Of a stretch of 64,000 nucleotides of DNA, positions 1-11,141 are shown one piece after another. The DNA is from Leidyana gryllorum EB-2025a. Lineage: Eukaryota; Protista; Apicomplexa. A program made the position numbers and the translations under genes. The notes beneath the pieces are model-generated. The model was not told the origin of the DNA and searched no databases. It was given only the letters and a program-made list of their open reading frames with translations. Location of the stretch: contig JBLWGC010000213.1 of NCBI GenBank assembly GCA_048772705.1, positions 310,001 to 374,000 of the forward strand, written 5' to 3'. The stretch's first letter is position 1. Every line of letters starts with the position of its first letter.

Positions 1-202
1 GTCCGTGACCATCTCGGAATCTGTTTGTTCACTGTGCCGGTGAGCGAGGAGGTCAAAAATCAATCGGGCGTGGGCGCAGAGGTGAAAGAAGATTGGGCGA
101 GTCCCCAGGTGAAAGCGGGCGAAGAGAGCGTGGAAACTCCCCCGACCTGCGAGCTGAGTCCCGTTGTGACGATGTAGGAGGAAAAGGGTCACAATTTTGT
201 CT

Positions 203-1928
203 ATGCGCCGGGCGTCGAAAGTGATAGGGAGCGAAAGGAGGGAGCCTTCGCGGCCTAACCCTTCCGAAGTAGCTGCAGCTCGAAAGCTGAAGGAGAAACA
301 AACTGAGTCTGCCGAGCTCTATGGTGTTAAGAGCCTCGATGTTCGAACTAAGAGTGAAACCAGCTTGAATGCTTGCACCCTGGTCGGTCCTGGCTGGATC
401 ACCATCCCTGACAGGGGAGAAATTGTCGTCTTCGCTCCAGATCGTGTGCTTCGGTCCTTGAAGCTCGATGTCGAAGAGCATCTCAATCGTGTACTCATCT
501 TTATTCCAGAGTTCGCAAGACCTCACTTCTTTGTAGTTGACGCCCAATGTTTCCAGGCTCAGGCCAGTAAGCTCAATACACACCGACCTTTTCAATGCCA
601 ACGCTTCTTCTCATCCCCAAACGATGACTGACTGACTGATTGAGGAGAGAAAGATTGCACTGGAAAAGTAGATAACACCACCCGTTCCCCCTCGATCGAA
701 CACACACACGCACACACGGACGGACACACAGACAGATATTCTAACTTTCATCAGAGGATATCATAACGCAGCTCGATAAGCGAGCAGCTCAGGTGCATTC
801 TTCGCTTGTATTTTTCCGCCAAAGTGAGTGGCAGCACCACTTATGCCCACCCTTAGATAATGTGCGCTTTTGTTAGATGGCTCGCTTGATGTGGGCTCCC
901 GGAGCCTACGCCGGGCCCCTCTGGAGGAGTACGCAGATCGCATCACTAAGTTGGAAGTTGATGAAGATGGACGTCGGCGTTTCCGAACATTGCAGACTCG
1001 AACGTCTCAAGTGGAAGCCGAAATAAAGGACATCATCCACGCTGAGCTGAAGCGCTCCCGAGACTTGGCAAATCGTATTCGAAAAATAGATGCTTCACTG
1101 GCCGATCTGAACAAGGAGGCCTCGACCTTAGCCGTGGGGACAGTGAGCTCGGCGGGTGGGACGTCTTCGCCTCGGCTCAGCGACTCGACCGGGCAACGGG
1201 AGTCGGTGCAGGTCAGCTCGGAGGAGAACGCGGAAGCCAATTTGGCTACGCCAACCTTTCGTTCAAGTGACGGGGGCACTTCGGATGACATAATGCCCCC
1301 GCCGACAGCTCCTGTCGGCATGGCGGCGTTGAGGAACACTGTTCAGAGCGGTTTGTGTCGAGTGAATCGGCGGTTCTGTCAGGCTCAACTGGCAGCACAA
1401 CGGACTGGTCGTCAAGTCAGCGCCCGTCGGGCTCGGCGTGCCAAGTCTGTGGAAGACGTTTTGCCAGAAGAGGAGGAGGAACCACCTGGGCGGCCCGAAG
1501 CGGCTGAAGACGAGAATGCCGGTTGGAGGGCGCGTTCCAGGTCGTTTATGCGTCAGGTACCGGGATGGCGTATCCGTCGTCAACCTGCGGCTGCGGCCGA
1601 GGAGGCGGAGGACGAGGTGGGTGGGGATGAGGCGGGAGGTCATTTGAATCTGAGTGTTTCCTCTCTGACCAAAATTGCCCCGCCGGCGGGCGAGTCGTCT
1701 GCTCCGACGGTCGCGCCGCGCAGTGTGTCTCCATTCTCACGGCTTATGGATCGACATGAGTTTAACTTTTGGATCAAATCTCATTTCACCCAGATAGCTC
1801 GGACCCAAGACGACCTGCGCAGGAAGCTGTTGGATCAGCAGGAGCGGTTGATGAGTCATCAGCGCAGTTTGGGGCGATGGTATCAGGATTTGAGGCAACA
1901 ACACCTCCGTGAAACTGGTAAAAAGTAA
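203..1928 (+). CDS. Hypothetical multi-exon protein with coiled-coil segments
   Basis: ORFs 197-631 and 870-1928. GTAAG/GTAGAT/GTGAGT donors near 567, 668 and 823, and a small in-frame exon at about 754-822, suggest one spliced gene. No recognisable domain; the 5' structure is uncertain. Confidence 0.4.
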
Positions 1929-1956
1929 TGCTTGCAGCCCAAGAAGATTTTGCCAT

Positions 1957-2914
1957 ATGATTGGGACCGAACCTTCGGTCTTTTTCACTGAACGCAACCG
2001 ACGAAGGCTCTCCTCCTTCGAGAAAGAGACCCGATTGATATCTTATTTCGAGCGAAGGTCGCCGTCCAAACTGGGCAAGGACGACCATCGAATTTTGCGC
2101 CAAGCTTGCCAAGACAGTATAGAACACCCCGATTGCCATTACTGTCTAAGCAGTCCCGTTTCCGTTTTCACACGTAGTTGTGCTTGGTGCCAAGCATCTC
2201 GTAAGAATTACTTGTTGGTTGACACCGATCATTCCACCCCCTCTAATAATAGGCCGCTGTGTATCGATCTGGGATGACTGTGGTGATGAGTTGTTGCCGA
2301 GTACCCTTGACGCCTCTCTCTGTCCAGTCAGTGGAGTGAGACAGTTTGGGCGAATGGGGTGTTCCACCAACAAGGAGTGCTTTTCCTGTGGCCAGGACCC
2401 CGAAGACTGCGTCTGGTGTGCGACTCTGCGGTTCGATCCCGCCACCGATGCGGTCAATGAGCGCATCAATGACTGTTTGGAGGAGTGGGAATCCCGAAGC
2501 GGCAACCTCGAGGCGCCAGACGGAGCAGGAGGCACGTACAATACGACGGCACGGCTCATTGAAGTCACCAATAACCTCATCCGCAACAAGGAGCGGATGA
2601 GAGAGCTGAGTGAGGCAGAATTAGAGCAGATGGGACGGGACGAACTGAATCTCGTTGGAGAAGTTCTGCCCTCGGAGAAATACGGACACTGTATATCACG
2701 AGACATTGCTGAGATGTTCTGTCAGCCGCCGAGGCCGCGATCGGACATGTGCCCTGATAGTCGAGTGAGGGTCAAACCCACGACTTCACAGACCGCACCC
2801 GGTCTGTATATCATTTTATGTATGATGATCGTCCCGTCAGTGATTGTCATTACTGTTCTCATCACCTCGCGTTGGCTGGCAGAATACCTCAATCAGAAGG
2901 ATAAGACACAATAA
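1957..2914 (+). CDS. PSI (plexin-repeat)-like Cys-rich single-pass membrane protein
   Basis: Removing intron 2201-2252 gives CHYCL..CAWCQASRRCVSIWDDC. A second PSI-like unit is CSTNKECFSC..DCVWC, and a C-terminal hydrophobic helix is LYIILCMMIVPSVIVITVLI. The start is uncertain. Confidence 0.55.
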
Positions 2915-2934
2915 ATCTTTTTTTACGGGGAGAT

Positions 2935-4827
2935 ATGCAGTATGACAATACCACCCGTACTGCAGCCGAACTGGTGTGGAACTTCAATGTTCAGACCAAC
3001 GATACCGCCTACATAGATACCACTTCCACCACTCTCACCTCCTCACTCCCCCGAGACGACCTGCAGCTCCTGGACTACAGCTGCCCTCCCTCCTTTATAG
3101 TTCCCGCCCAATATGTCAGCCAATCTTATCCAGTCTCCTCGGTGGACAATTCGGCCTCCTCCTATCTACGCGCAACTGACGACGGTACACCGAGATACGG
3201 ACCCCCCCCGGCTGCAGTGGTCCAATCGGCTCCCCCGTCCACGCCGTTCATCAAAACCCACCACTCACCCCCCCCAGCCTTAAAGATGAGCCCCCGAGGG
3301 ATTTTAAACAATCAGTGTGCAGCACCGGCGCCTCCTCCTCCGCCGTCCTGTGAGATTTCAGCTCGAGAGTCGGGATTGCTGGAGATTGTGCGCCAGCTGC
3401 AGAATGAAAATGAGAAGCTGCGAGAACGCGAAGCCGCAGCTCAACGGAATATACAGCACATTGAAACGACCAAACTACGCCTTCTCGAAGAGGAGGTGGC
3501 CAATGCAAAGCGCGAACAGGAAACTCTGCATCAAAAGGTCAGTGCTCTCAAACAGGAACGAGAGGAAATGCTCGCTGAAGTCAACAAGAAGAACGCCGCT
3601 TTGATTCGAGCCGGCGAATTCATCACGAGATATACGGCTGAAGCTGAAACGTACGAAAAGGATATTAAGCGACTTACTGAAGAGGTCGCCGACCTCAAAG
3701 AGAACACCACGCGACTGGAAATAGCCCACGAGAGCAGTCTTCAAGACCTCGAGGACTGCCACGCCCAGATACAAAGGTATCGGGATCAGGGTATACCCAA
3801 CCCCCGTCTGGGCTGCGAATGCCGAACAATCCACAAAGCCCTCCCAGTGACCCTCTCTGTCCCGAAGATGATAGAGATTCTCAGAGCCTACTGTGATCAG
3901 GGAGCCGGAATTGTGCCCATTGACACCGAAACCCACACCGGCCCCAAGAAGAGCATAGGAACCCTCACAACCCTTCATGGAATCATCAAGACAGTCGGCT
4001 CCCAAACTGATGTCCAACCACACGACAAACGGAACCATCATATCAACAAACGAGGAACTCAGACTACTGAAACGGGTGACAGTGGACTGGACGTCCAAGT
4101 CACTTCAGCCACCAGTCTGGTGGCCGTGGAGGAGGAGAGTGGTCGACCGCCCGCGAGTCGTGCCCGGGACGAAAGAAACGTGCCGAGCTCCCCAGCGAGC
4201 TCTGCTCACAAACGAGGATTCGACGCCCCGGGCACCGGCACGGCCCCACCCCCCAAGAAGTCCCGCCAGATTATTGTCCCAGATCTCGACTCTGGTCTCA
4301 GCATGGATATCGCCTCTGAAGAAGAGGATGACGACTCCATGTCCGACCGGATCAAACTGGGCGGCCCCATACCTCCCATCCAGCGTCCCCCCGCCAAACC
4401 CTCAACAAGAGGCCGAGGAGTTCCCCCCCCGACGACTCCGCCGCCGCCCAACAGAAAGGTGGTCCTGTCGGGAGGGGACTTGAGCTCCGTTACCTCCGAA
4501 TCGAAGGCCGGGGACACAGGTGGCGACCGGACTTGTGACGCTGTTAGAGCAGATTCACCAGACAACTTCGATCAGATACTCGCGGAGTTCGAAAGCTTGG
4601 GTCTCGATGCCGAAGAGGGCGAAATCGTCGACCCCTCATCGTCGCGACCGCCAACAGCTCACCACCCGAGAACCTCTCCATGTAAAAGACCCTCACGATT
4701 CAATAACCTCTGTCGTGGGAGAGGTCAAAGTAGATCGCGTTCCTCAAGAGGGCAGGGTAGGGGTCTTCACAGGGGCAAGGGTAGCACCCTGGCCTTTAGA
4801 AAACGAGGCAGTGCAAAAATCAGTTGA
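2935..4827 (+). CDS. Intronless 630-aa orphan: Pro/Ser-rich N-terminus, coiled coil, TQT-like motifs, RG-rich basic tail
   Basis: Long uninterrupted ORF; heptad-rich central region; motifs KTVGSQTD and KRGTQTTE. Confidence 0.7.
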   Translation: MQYDNTTRTAAELVWNFNVQTNDTAYIDTTSTTLTSSLPRDDLQLLDYSCPPSFIVPAQYVSQSYPVSSVDNSASSYLRATDDGTPRYGPPPAAVVQSAPPSTPFIKTHHSPPPALKMSPRGILNNQCAAPAPPPPPSCEISARESGLLEIVRQLQNENEKLREREAAAQRNIQHIETTKLRLLEEEVANAKREQETLHQKVSALKQEREEMLAEVNKKNAALIRAGEFITRYTAEAETYEKDIKRLTEEVADLKENTTRLEIAHESSLQDLEDCHAQIQRYRDQGIPNPRLGCECRTIHKALPVTLSVPKMIEILRAYCDQGAGIVPIDTETHTGPKKSIGTLTTLHGIIKTVGSQTDVQPHDKRNHHINKRGTQTTETGDSGLDVQVTSATSLVAVEEESGRPPASRARDERNVPSSPASSAHKRGFDAPGTGTAPPPKKSRQIIVPDLDSGLSMDIASEEEDDDSMSDRIKLGGPIPPIQRPPAKPSTRGRGVPPPTTPPPPNRKVVLSGGDLSSVTSESKAGDTGGDRTCDAVRADSPDNFDQILAEFESLGLDAEEGEIVDPSSSRPPTAHHPRTSPCKRPSRFNNLCRGRGQSRSRSSRGQGRGLHRGKGSTLAFRKRGSAKIS

Positions 4828-4874
4828 CCTCCTTCCCTCCTCCACAACCACTCTCTCGATATAGTGTACATATA

Positions 4875-5903
4875 ATGACTGCTTCTAACATCAAAATGGA
4901 CCATCCTCTCACCCCCAACGAGGAGATCCGACTCTCCACCGCAGCAAACTTCATCACCCTCGCCCTCTTCCGCCCACTCGACAACTTCGGCGTGAGTGTG
5001 TGTGTGTGTGTGTGCTTCGCCCCACCCTTGACTATCTTTCAGCTTACTTGCCGAAGAAGCCGCGAAGACGGAAAAGTCAGACTGCTGAGCTTGTTCGCTG
5101 GCTGGCCACTTCAGGCGCTGAACAAAGCTGTAGATGACGGTACGCTCCATTTGATGGTGCAACGTTCTTATCTTAACCCGTCCCACAGAGATATTCAATG
5201 CCAACATTCGTCGGGTAACCTCCTTTTGCGAGGATCGTATGGGCATCAAGAATCCTGGTGGCACCCCCTATGGCCGAGCAGCTGTCGGTACATGCGCGTA
5301 GGTCGAGAATCCACACTTTCCTATATCGAATCACACAGACGGGCTCTAACTCTCGGTGTCATGCTGCCCTACAACTCCCTTCAGGACGTCGGCAGACGCC
5401 GCGAGTTCAAACAAGTCAAGAAGGAAAGTGTCGAGTTCAATCGCGTTGTCCCGTTCGCTCCTCTCTATCGAGGCTTCCAACGATCTCTTTTGAAAGAGAG
5501 TGTCTTCACTGCCTCCTATGTCTTGGGCAGCGCATACTTTGGCAATCTCTACAACGGAAAACGCAGCTGCATCACCCAAGCCATCGAAAAGCTATGCCCC
5601 AAAGCCGCCGAAGATGATACCAAGAAAGACCAATATACAAATGTTGCTGTAGCGTCCTTGCGCGCTGCTAGCGCAGGCGTCGTTTCGACATTACTCACCC
5701 AGCCTATTGACAACGCGGGCAAAGGCATCCCTGCCTCCCGTCAACTCTCCAAGGCGTGCCGCAAAGCAGTGAGGAAAGGATGCTACAACGGGATCAACAC
5801 CGTCATCCTACAAACACTGGTCACCACTAAGGTCCATCGCAAACTCCTAGCCCTCGCGCAAGCGTCTAAGCCCAAGCTTGAAGAAGCTATTAACGCTAAG
5901 TAG
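4875..5903 (+). CDS. Divergent mitochondrial carrier family-like protein
   Basis: Px[DE]-type signatures after hydrophobic helices (LFRPLDNF, LLTQPIDN, with AASAGVVSTLL). In-frame (TG)n-containing intron 4992-5042. Confidence 0.45.
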   Translation: MTASNIKMDHPLTPNEEIRLSTAANFITLALFRPLDNFGVSVCVCVCFAPPLTIFQLTCRRSREDGKVRLLSLFAGWPLQALNKAVDDGTLHLMVQRSYLNPSHRDIQCQHSSGNLLLRGSYGHQESWWHPLWPSSCRYMRVGRESTLSYIESHRRALTLGVMLPYNSLQDVGRRREFKQVKKESVEFNRVVPFAPLYRGFQRSLLKESVFTASYVLGSAYFGNLYNGKRSCITQAIEKLCPKAAEDDTKKDQYTNVAVASLRAASAGVVSTLLTQPIDNAGKGIPASRQLSKACRKAVRKGCYNGINTVILQTLVTTKVHRKLLALAQASKPKLEEAINAK

Positions 5904-6005
5904 ACACATACTAGACAGAACAGTACAAAATTTTGAGCTCTCGGTTTACCTCAAAAAAAGCTCTTGCAGCGGCTCGCTAAGTCGTCGGATACCAAGAGAG
6001 AGACC

Positions 6006-6543
6006 ATGGCCGTCACCGCTAAAGTGTAAGAAAATGTCTTTCAACTACCGTCGTCAAACTAACACCCAGATTCAAGCCTGGACGTGTGGTTGTCATCCTC
6101 AACGGTCGCCATGCTGGCAAGAAGGCCGTCGTAGTCTCTGCCTACGACCAGGGTAACCGTGCCCGCAACTTCGGCCACGCTCTCGTCGTTGGTATCGAGA
6201 GACCCCCCCAGAAAATCACCAAGAAGATGGCTGAGGCTAAGATTGAGAAGAGAACTAACGTCAAAGCTTTCTTGAAGCACATCAACTACTCTCATCTCAT
6301 GCCCACCAGGTAAACAAACCATCACAATCTCAACGCTACTTTCACACCTCTACTCACAGATACGTTGTGGCTGGCGATATCGATGTCAAGAGTCTTCTTG
6401 GCGACCGCAAGGTCGAGTCTCCCGAGGAGAAGAGAGCTCTCAACAAGGATATTGGTACCAACCTCAAGCAGAAGTTCCTCAACACTGATGATGGCAAGAC
6501 CAGCCGCGACATGGTCTTCCTTAGAAAGCCTCTTCGTTTCTGA
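6006..6543 (+). CDS. RPL27: 60S ribosomal protein L27 (eL27)
   Basis: Introns 6026-6069 and 6310-6359. The spliced product is MAVTAKVFKPGRVVVILNGRHAGKKAVV...HINYSHLMPTRY...LRKPLRF. Confidence 0.97.
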
Positions 6544-6628
6544 GCTCATACATCCTCTCTCTTGCATGCCGGGTGGCTCTTAACCAGCGAGCGTTAAAAA
6601 TCAATTGTTCCGACAATTCACTATCTTA

Positions 6629-9160
6629 TCAAATATCGGCCAAACGGGATAATTGAGAGGCCACGAAGCCAGAGTTTCTGGTCGCCGGAGCCCTGAGAAG
6701 CTCTTCACCATTCAGCCCTGCTCCAGTCACTCCTTGAGCACGTCCAACCAGAGACTGGATTGCTTGATATATGGGTTGGGCTACTCTGATACCTTTCTCC
6801 ACTGCTTCCTCCAAATCGGAAACGAACTCCACAGCTGTTATATTCCCAGCCGCACCCTCGAGAGCACTGGGCAGCGCAGCAGCAGCTTTGTACCACTCGG
6901 ATAACTGGTTTGCGATGCTATTCACATTCATCGCCAACCCAACAGCAACGCTATTGGCATCCCGCCGAGCTATGGGGGTCGTAACTAGCTCTTTAAATGC
7001 TCGTACGGCGTTGCCTGCTGCCTCTGGTATCCGCTGTGCTACAATCTCCTTCTTCAACGCAAATGTATTGACCCAACCCGCTGGGCACTGTGCATATAAT
7101 GGTAGCTGCTCATGTCGTTTGTCCATCCTCAGGATCGGAATGTGCCGCGGAACGTTTGCCAAACGAGAGCCTACGTCATACGCAGCTTCGGCAAAGCGCT
7201 TTGCGATTGGCTCTCCGGGTAGCAGACTGAAGGCTGGCCCACTGCTGGCGTCCACCTCCCTCAAAAGTCTATGCTCCACCTCGTCCGACTCAGCAATGGT
7301 CTCCGATGAAGCAGCGTCAGTCATAGTCATTTCGAATGCAGTGTTGTTATCTTGCAGACGTCTTGGGATGGAGCCGAGCCGCGACGGACGTGGACCATGC
7401 CCAGGAGGGTTCCACTCCTTCAGCAGGTGAGCAGTCATGGGCTGCAACGCCGCGGGAGTCCACTTAGCCAGGAGTTGCAAACCCTGTTGAGGCTCTTGCA
7501 CCAGATTGGAGTTGAGAGTGGTCTTCTTCTTCATCACGTAGGGAATTCCCTTCTCCAGATATTGGACCCCGTTCTCAAACCAATGCCCTGCTGAGTCTAT
7601 CATTGTCTGATCCATCCCAGCAGATTCCGGGTAGGATCCAAGGGACAACTCTGCTGGTGTTCCCCAATAGGACACGTCAACACCGTCCACTGGAGGGAGG
7701 AATTGATAGCGTCCCGGGCCCGCGAGGGAAGGCATATTCGGCCAGATGTAGGGAGGGGGATGGGGTACGGATACGGGAGACATAACTGACGGATAGTAAT
7801 GCGGAACGGAAGGTGGGATGACGTCCATCACAATGTCGTTTGCGTTAGGCTGAGTGCCCTGAACGGGAGGCAATACGAGAGGATAGTCGACTTGTCCCGG
7901 AGCGAAACCGTATGTGCCCGCATATGGCGGACCTGGTTGAGGCACAGGGATTTCGTATATCAGTTGATTATCCATGGAGGGGAGCTCGCCGGGTAACGGA
8001 ATATCGTAAGGCGGCAGCGGGGGTGGCTCCATGATCACCTCAACTGGCTGTTGGGCTGGCGGATCCATCAAATTGGCGTACACCGGCATCATTGGTTGGA
8101 ACATCTGTACCGGGGAAATTCCCGGTCCGCAGGTGTAGCGCGCCGGCGGGGGCAAGTCCTTACAGCACGGGTACTCGGGGTCCGAGCAGACATCCGGATA
8201 CACCTCGCATTCGTTCAAGGCTGACGCAACGTTGCGGGAAGACATGAACTGCACTTACGGACACACTGGCCACCCGGACCATTCGTCCACCCGAGAGACT
8301 CGTCACAATCGCAAGTGTACGATCCAGGCAAGTTGACACATATAGAATAGGGCGCTGGGCAGAGATCAGGCACCTCCAAACATTCGTTGATATCTAATTC
8401 AATGTTATCTCGGTGGAGATTAGCACTCACCTAAGCACGTCCTCCCGTCATCTAACAAGCCAAATCCCTCTCTGCATAGGCACTGAGCTCCTTGCAGCGT
8501 ATTGATGCACACCCCATTGATGGGATCGCAAGGATTATCCCTTCCTTCATTGCCGTCGCACACATCGCGTAGAATACAGCCTTTCCCGGGTACATAATCC
8601 ATATTTGAGTCGTGACAGATGCACTGGTAGGATCCCATAGTGTTCAAGCAAGTGCTATCACTGGGGTTGCACATGTTTGGCATCCGACACTCATCAATGT
8701 CTACCGAGGGTATGAAATCCATGCACTCGTTTTTCACATACCTTGACAGTGGTGTCGTGATGTGCTAGATTTCTCGAACCCCATCAAGCATTCACAACGA
8801 TAGTTTCCTTTAGTGTTCACACACCTCTCGGTGAGGAGTGTGCAATCGTGAAGTCCGAGTGTGCATTCATCTATATCAAAGCATCCCTCTCCGTCCATCC
8901 GTCCATCGCCTTCGAATCCTGATAGAAAGAGTGTGTATGTGTCATCACGACAGTGGCGGCATACCCATAGGGCAGACACAGTATGGCCGTCCAACGATAG
9001 GTGCGTTGGGATCGATCATACATTCCGCCTCCGGGACACATGGGTTCTCACGATGGCACAGATCGCCCACAATCTGAGGAAGCAATGCACTGATACCTCC
9101 AGCCGCCTCTGCTAGCTGCGATAAGCCTAAAAAACAGGCCCCCAGCCAATATAAGGACAT
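6629..9160 (-). CDS. Secreted protein with tandem (calcium-binding) EGF domains and a Pro-rich region (microneme-like)
   Basis: N-terminal signal peptide MSLYWLGACFLGLSQLAEA. Repeated DIDEC/DINEC...CxNTxGxYxCxC motifs lie over several short exons, followed by a long Pro-rich terminal exon. Confidence 0.85.
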
Positions 9161-9184
9161 GGTGTCTCGTGTGTGCGAACACTC

Positions 9185-10100
9185 TCAGCAGAAGGGTAGT
9201 TGCAGTACCGGTGTTCGCAGACAAGGGACTGAAATGTTGGCTTTCAAATCGTCGGAAGTGAGCTCCATGCCGCCATTCGCTCCCATTGTTGTGTATAGGC
9301 TTTCAAGGCTGGCGAAGGTCTCGTCTTGCAATCTCAAGACAATAGGATCGTGATCATCGTTCGGATACAACCCTAGTTCAGCATTCCGACCAGCCGCCGC
9401 TTTCTCAAACACCCCCATGACCGCCTTCAATACACTGGTTAGGCCATCAGAAGTCTCCTCAGCCTCCCAAGACATGCCCTTCTGCTCTGTAGGGGCTGCT
9501 TGCCCCTTTTTGCGTTGGGTGCCCAGCACTTCGCTCAAGTTGAAGCTCGAAGAACCTTTCTTTGGCTGTGCAGACGCTTTAGCAGCGGGCGGAGGCGCCT
9601 TCTTGCCTTGTGGGGCGGGTGGGGCTGACACTTGCTCGGGTTCGCTTTCCTCGAAGAGGTCGTCTGTATCGTCTGACTTTGCGGCTTCTTCCTGCTTAGC
9701 TCGCTCCTGAGCAGCTTTGAGTTCTTTAGCCTTCTCAATTGCCTCTTTGATCTCCCTCTTTGTTACTCCCGACCATTCCAGGTCAAATTTGAACATCGGC
9801 CAGTCCGGATGAGATTTCTTTGCCAAGGTCTGAAGGTGATCGGTGATGCGGCATTTAGGAAGTTGTGCTTACAGCAAGAGCCTTCTTGGACGCTTGATAG
9901 GTTTTATAGTCGATGAAGAAGCGTGGGTCGCCTTTATTCTGCGAGAAGCGTATGCCATCGCCACTCAAAGGACCAACTGTAATGGTGAATTAAGGCAACC
10001 AGCCGGCAGGAGCCGACTTACACTGTGAGAAGAAGGTTCGCAGTTCAGGGATACCTGCGCCAGGCGGCGGTCGTTTACATATCAGGGTAAACACTCGCAT
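9185..10100 (-). CDS. RRM-domain protein
   Basis: Two GTAAG introns give MRVFTLICKRPP..ELRTFFSQFGPL..RFFIDYKTYQASKKALA..FDLEWS, an RRM pattern, joined to ORF 9185-9826. Confidence 0.65.
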
Positions 10101-10116
10101 CTTAGAGCGAAAAATT

Positions 10117-10455
10117 ATGCGGGTGCCGCCTCATCAATTCTTAGCTGAGCTGTCTGCCTTGACGAAGCATGACACCCCCAGTTCCGTATGGATAAACGTG
10201 AAGAGTTGTAAGTGTGTGTTGGAGGTTCTCAATCACGCGTCCAGACCGACCAAAAGGATCTGTTCAAAGAGTGGCTTTGGTACACGCTGTGACACCACAC
10301 AAGAAGATCAGTTGTGAGGTGAGACTGGTTGGAGGCAGGCTGAAAAGTAGTTGGAATTGCAGGTGGAATTGAGCGGAATGAAGGCATTCTCTACCGCGAT
10401 GAACAACATGCTCAGGCTGATGGGTCCGTCGGTTGGCCCGAATGTCGCGGTTTAG
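10117..10455 (+). CDS. SRP14: Signal recognition particle 14 kDa subunit
   Basis: Introns 10208-10244 and 10319-10362 give QFLAELSAL..SVWINVKSY..LVHAVTPHKKISCEV..FSTAMNNML, matching the SRP14 pattern. Confidence 0.8.
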
Positions 10456-11141
10456 TCCTGCGGTACGCTGAGTGATGTTGTAGAGAACCCGGATCGCGTC
10501 CAGTGGAGACCAAGCCCCAGTATGCGAGAGGGCAAGGCGTATTGACTCCCAATCGCTGAACAAGACTGGAGCACTCCCCAGCAAGCTGTTGAACAGGAGA
10601 TTGCTGGCGCCACCATGGAGCTCCCATGCCCAAACATAAGCCTCCAATTGGCAAGCATTCTTCCTTGCCGTACAATCCGTGTTCTAAACAATGACCGGCC
10701 CCCACGAGATGTTCAGCATACATCTGCAAATTCCAGAGTGGGAACATGTAGTTAGGATCTTGAAAGGGACCAAAGTCGTAACCAGTACCCAACCCCATGA
10801 GACTATCGCCTAATTGCCTGAACTTGTCAGGAGGCAACCCACGATATTTGACTTCAGGAACCACTTCTTCCTCCGGCACCTCCTCCTCTGGTTCAGGCGG
10901 AGGTGGGGGAGGGGGCGGCGGAGGTTTGGGTCTGGTCAAACCTAGGATACGCTCTGCGATGAGTTGGGCTTGATCTTTGGTTGATTTGATGTTGGCGAAA
11001 AGTTCCTCATCATCAATGTCGTAATCATACTGTTTGCAGAGATCACAGTTAATGGCAATTCGGAGTGTCTGCTTACATCGTCCATGCCGGTAGAGCTGGT
11101 GGGAGCTGAGTACACACACAATGCACACAAGACGCACACAT
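10412..11141 (-). CDS. Hypothetical protein with a poly-Pro/acidic segment
   Basis: Main ORF 10412-11137. Spliced N-terminus MSPTSSTGMDD|YDYDIDDEELF; an alternative start is the ATG at 11085. Confidence 0.6.

Noticed and set aside
1926-1960. TAATG stop/start overlap after the first gene
   Set aside because: The ATG at 1928 opens only 10 codons and is out of frame with the PSI-domain gene.
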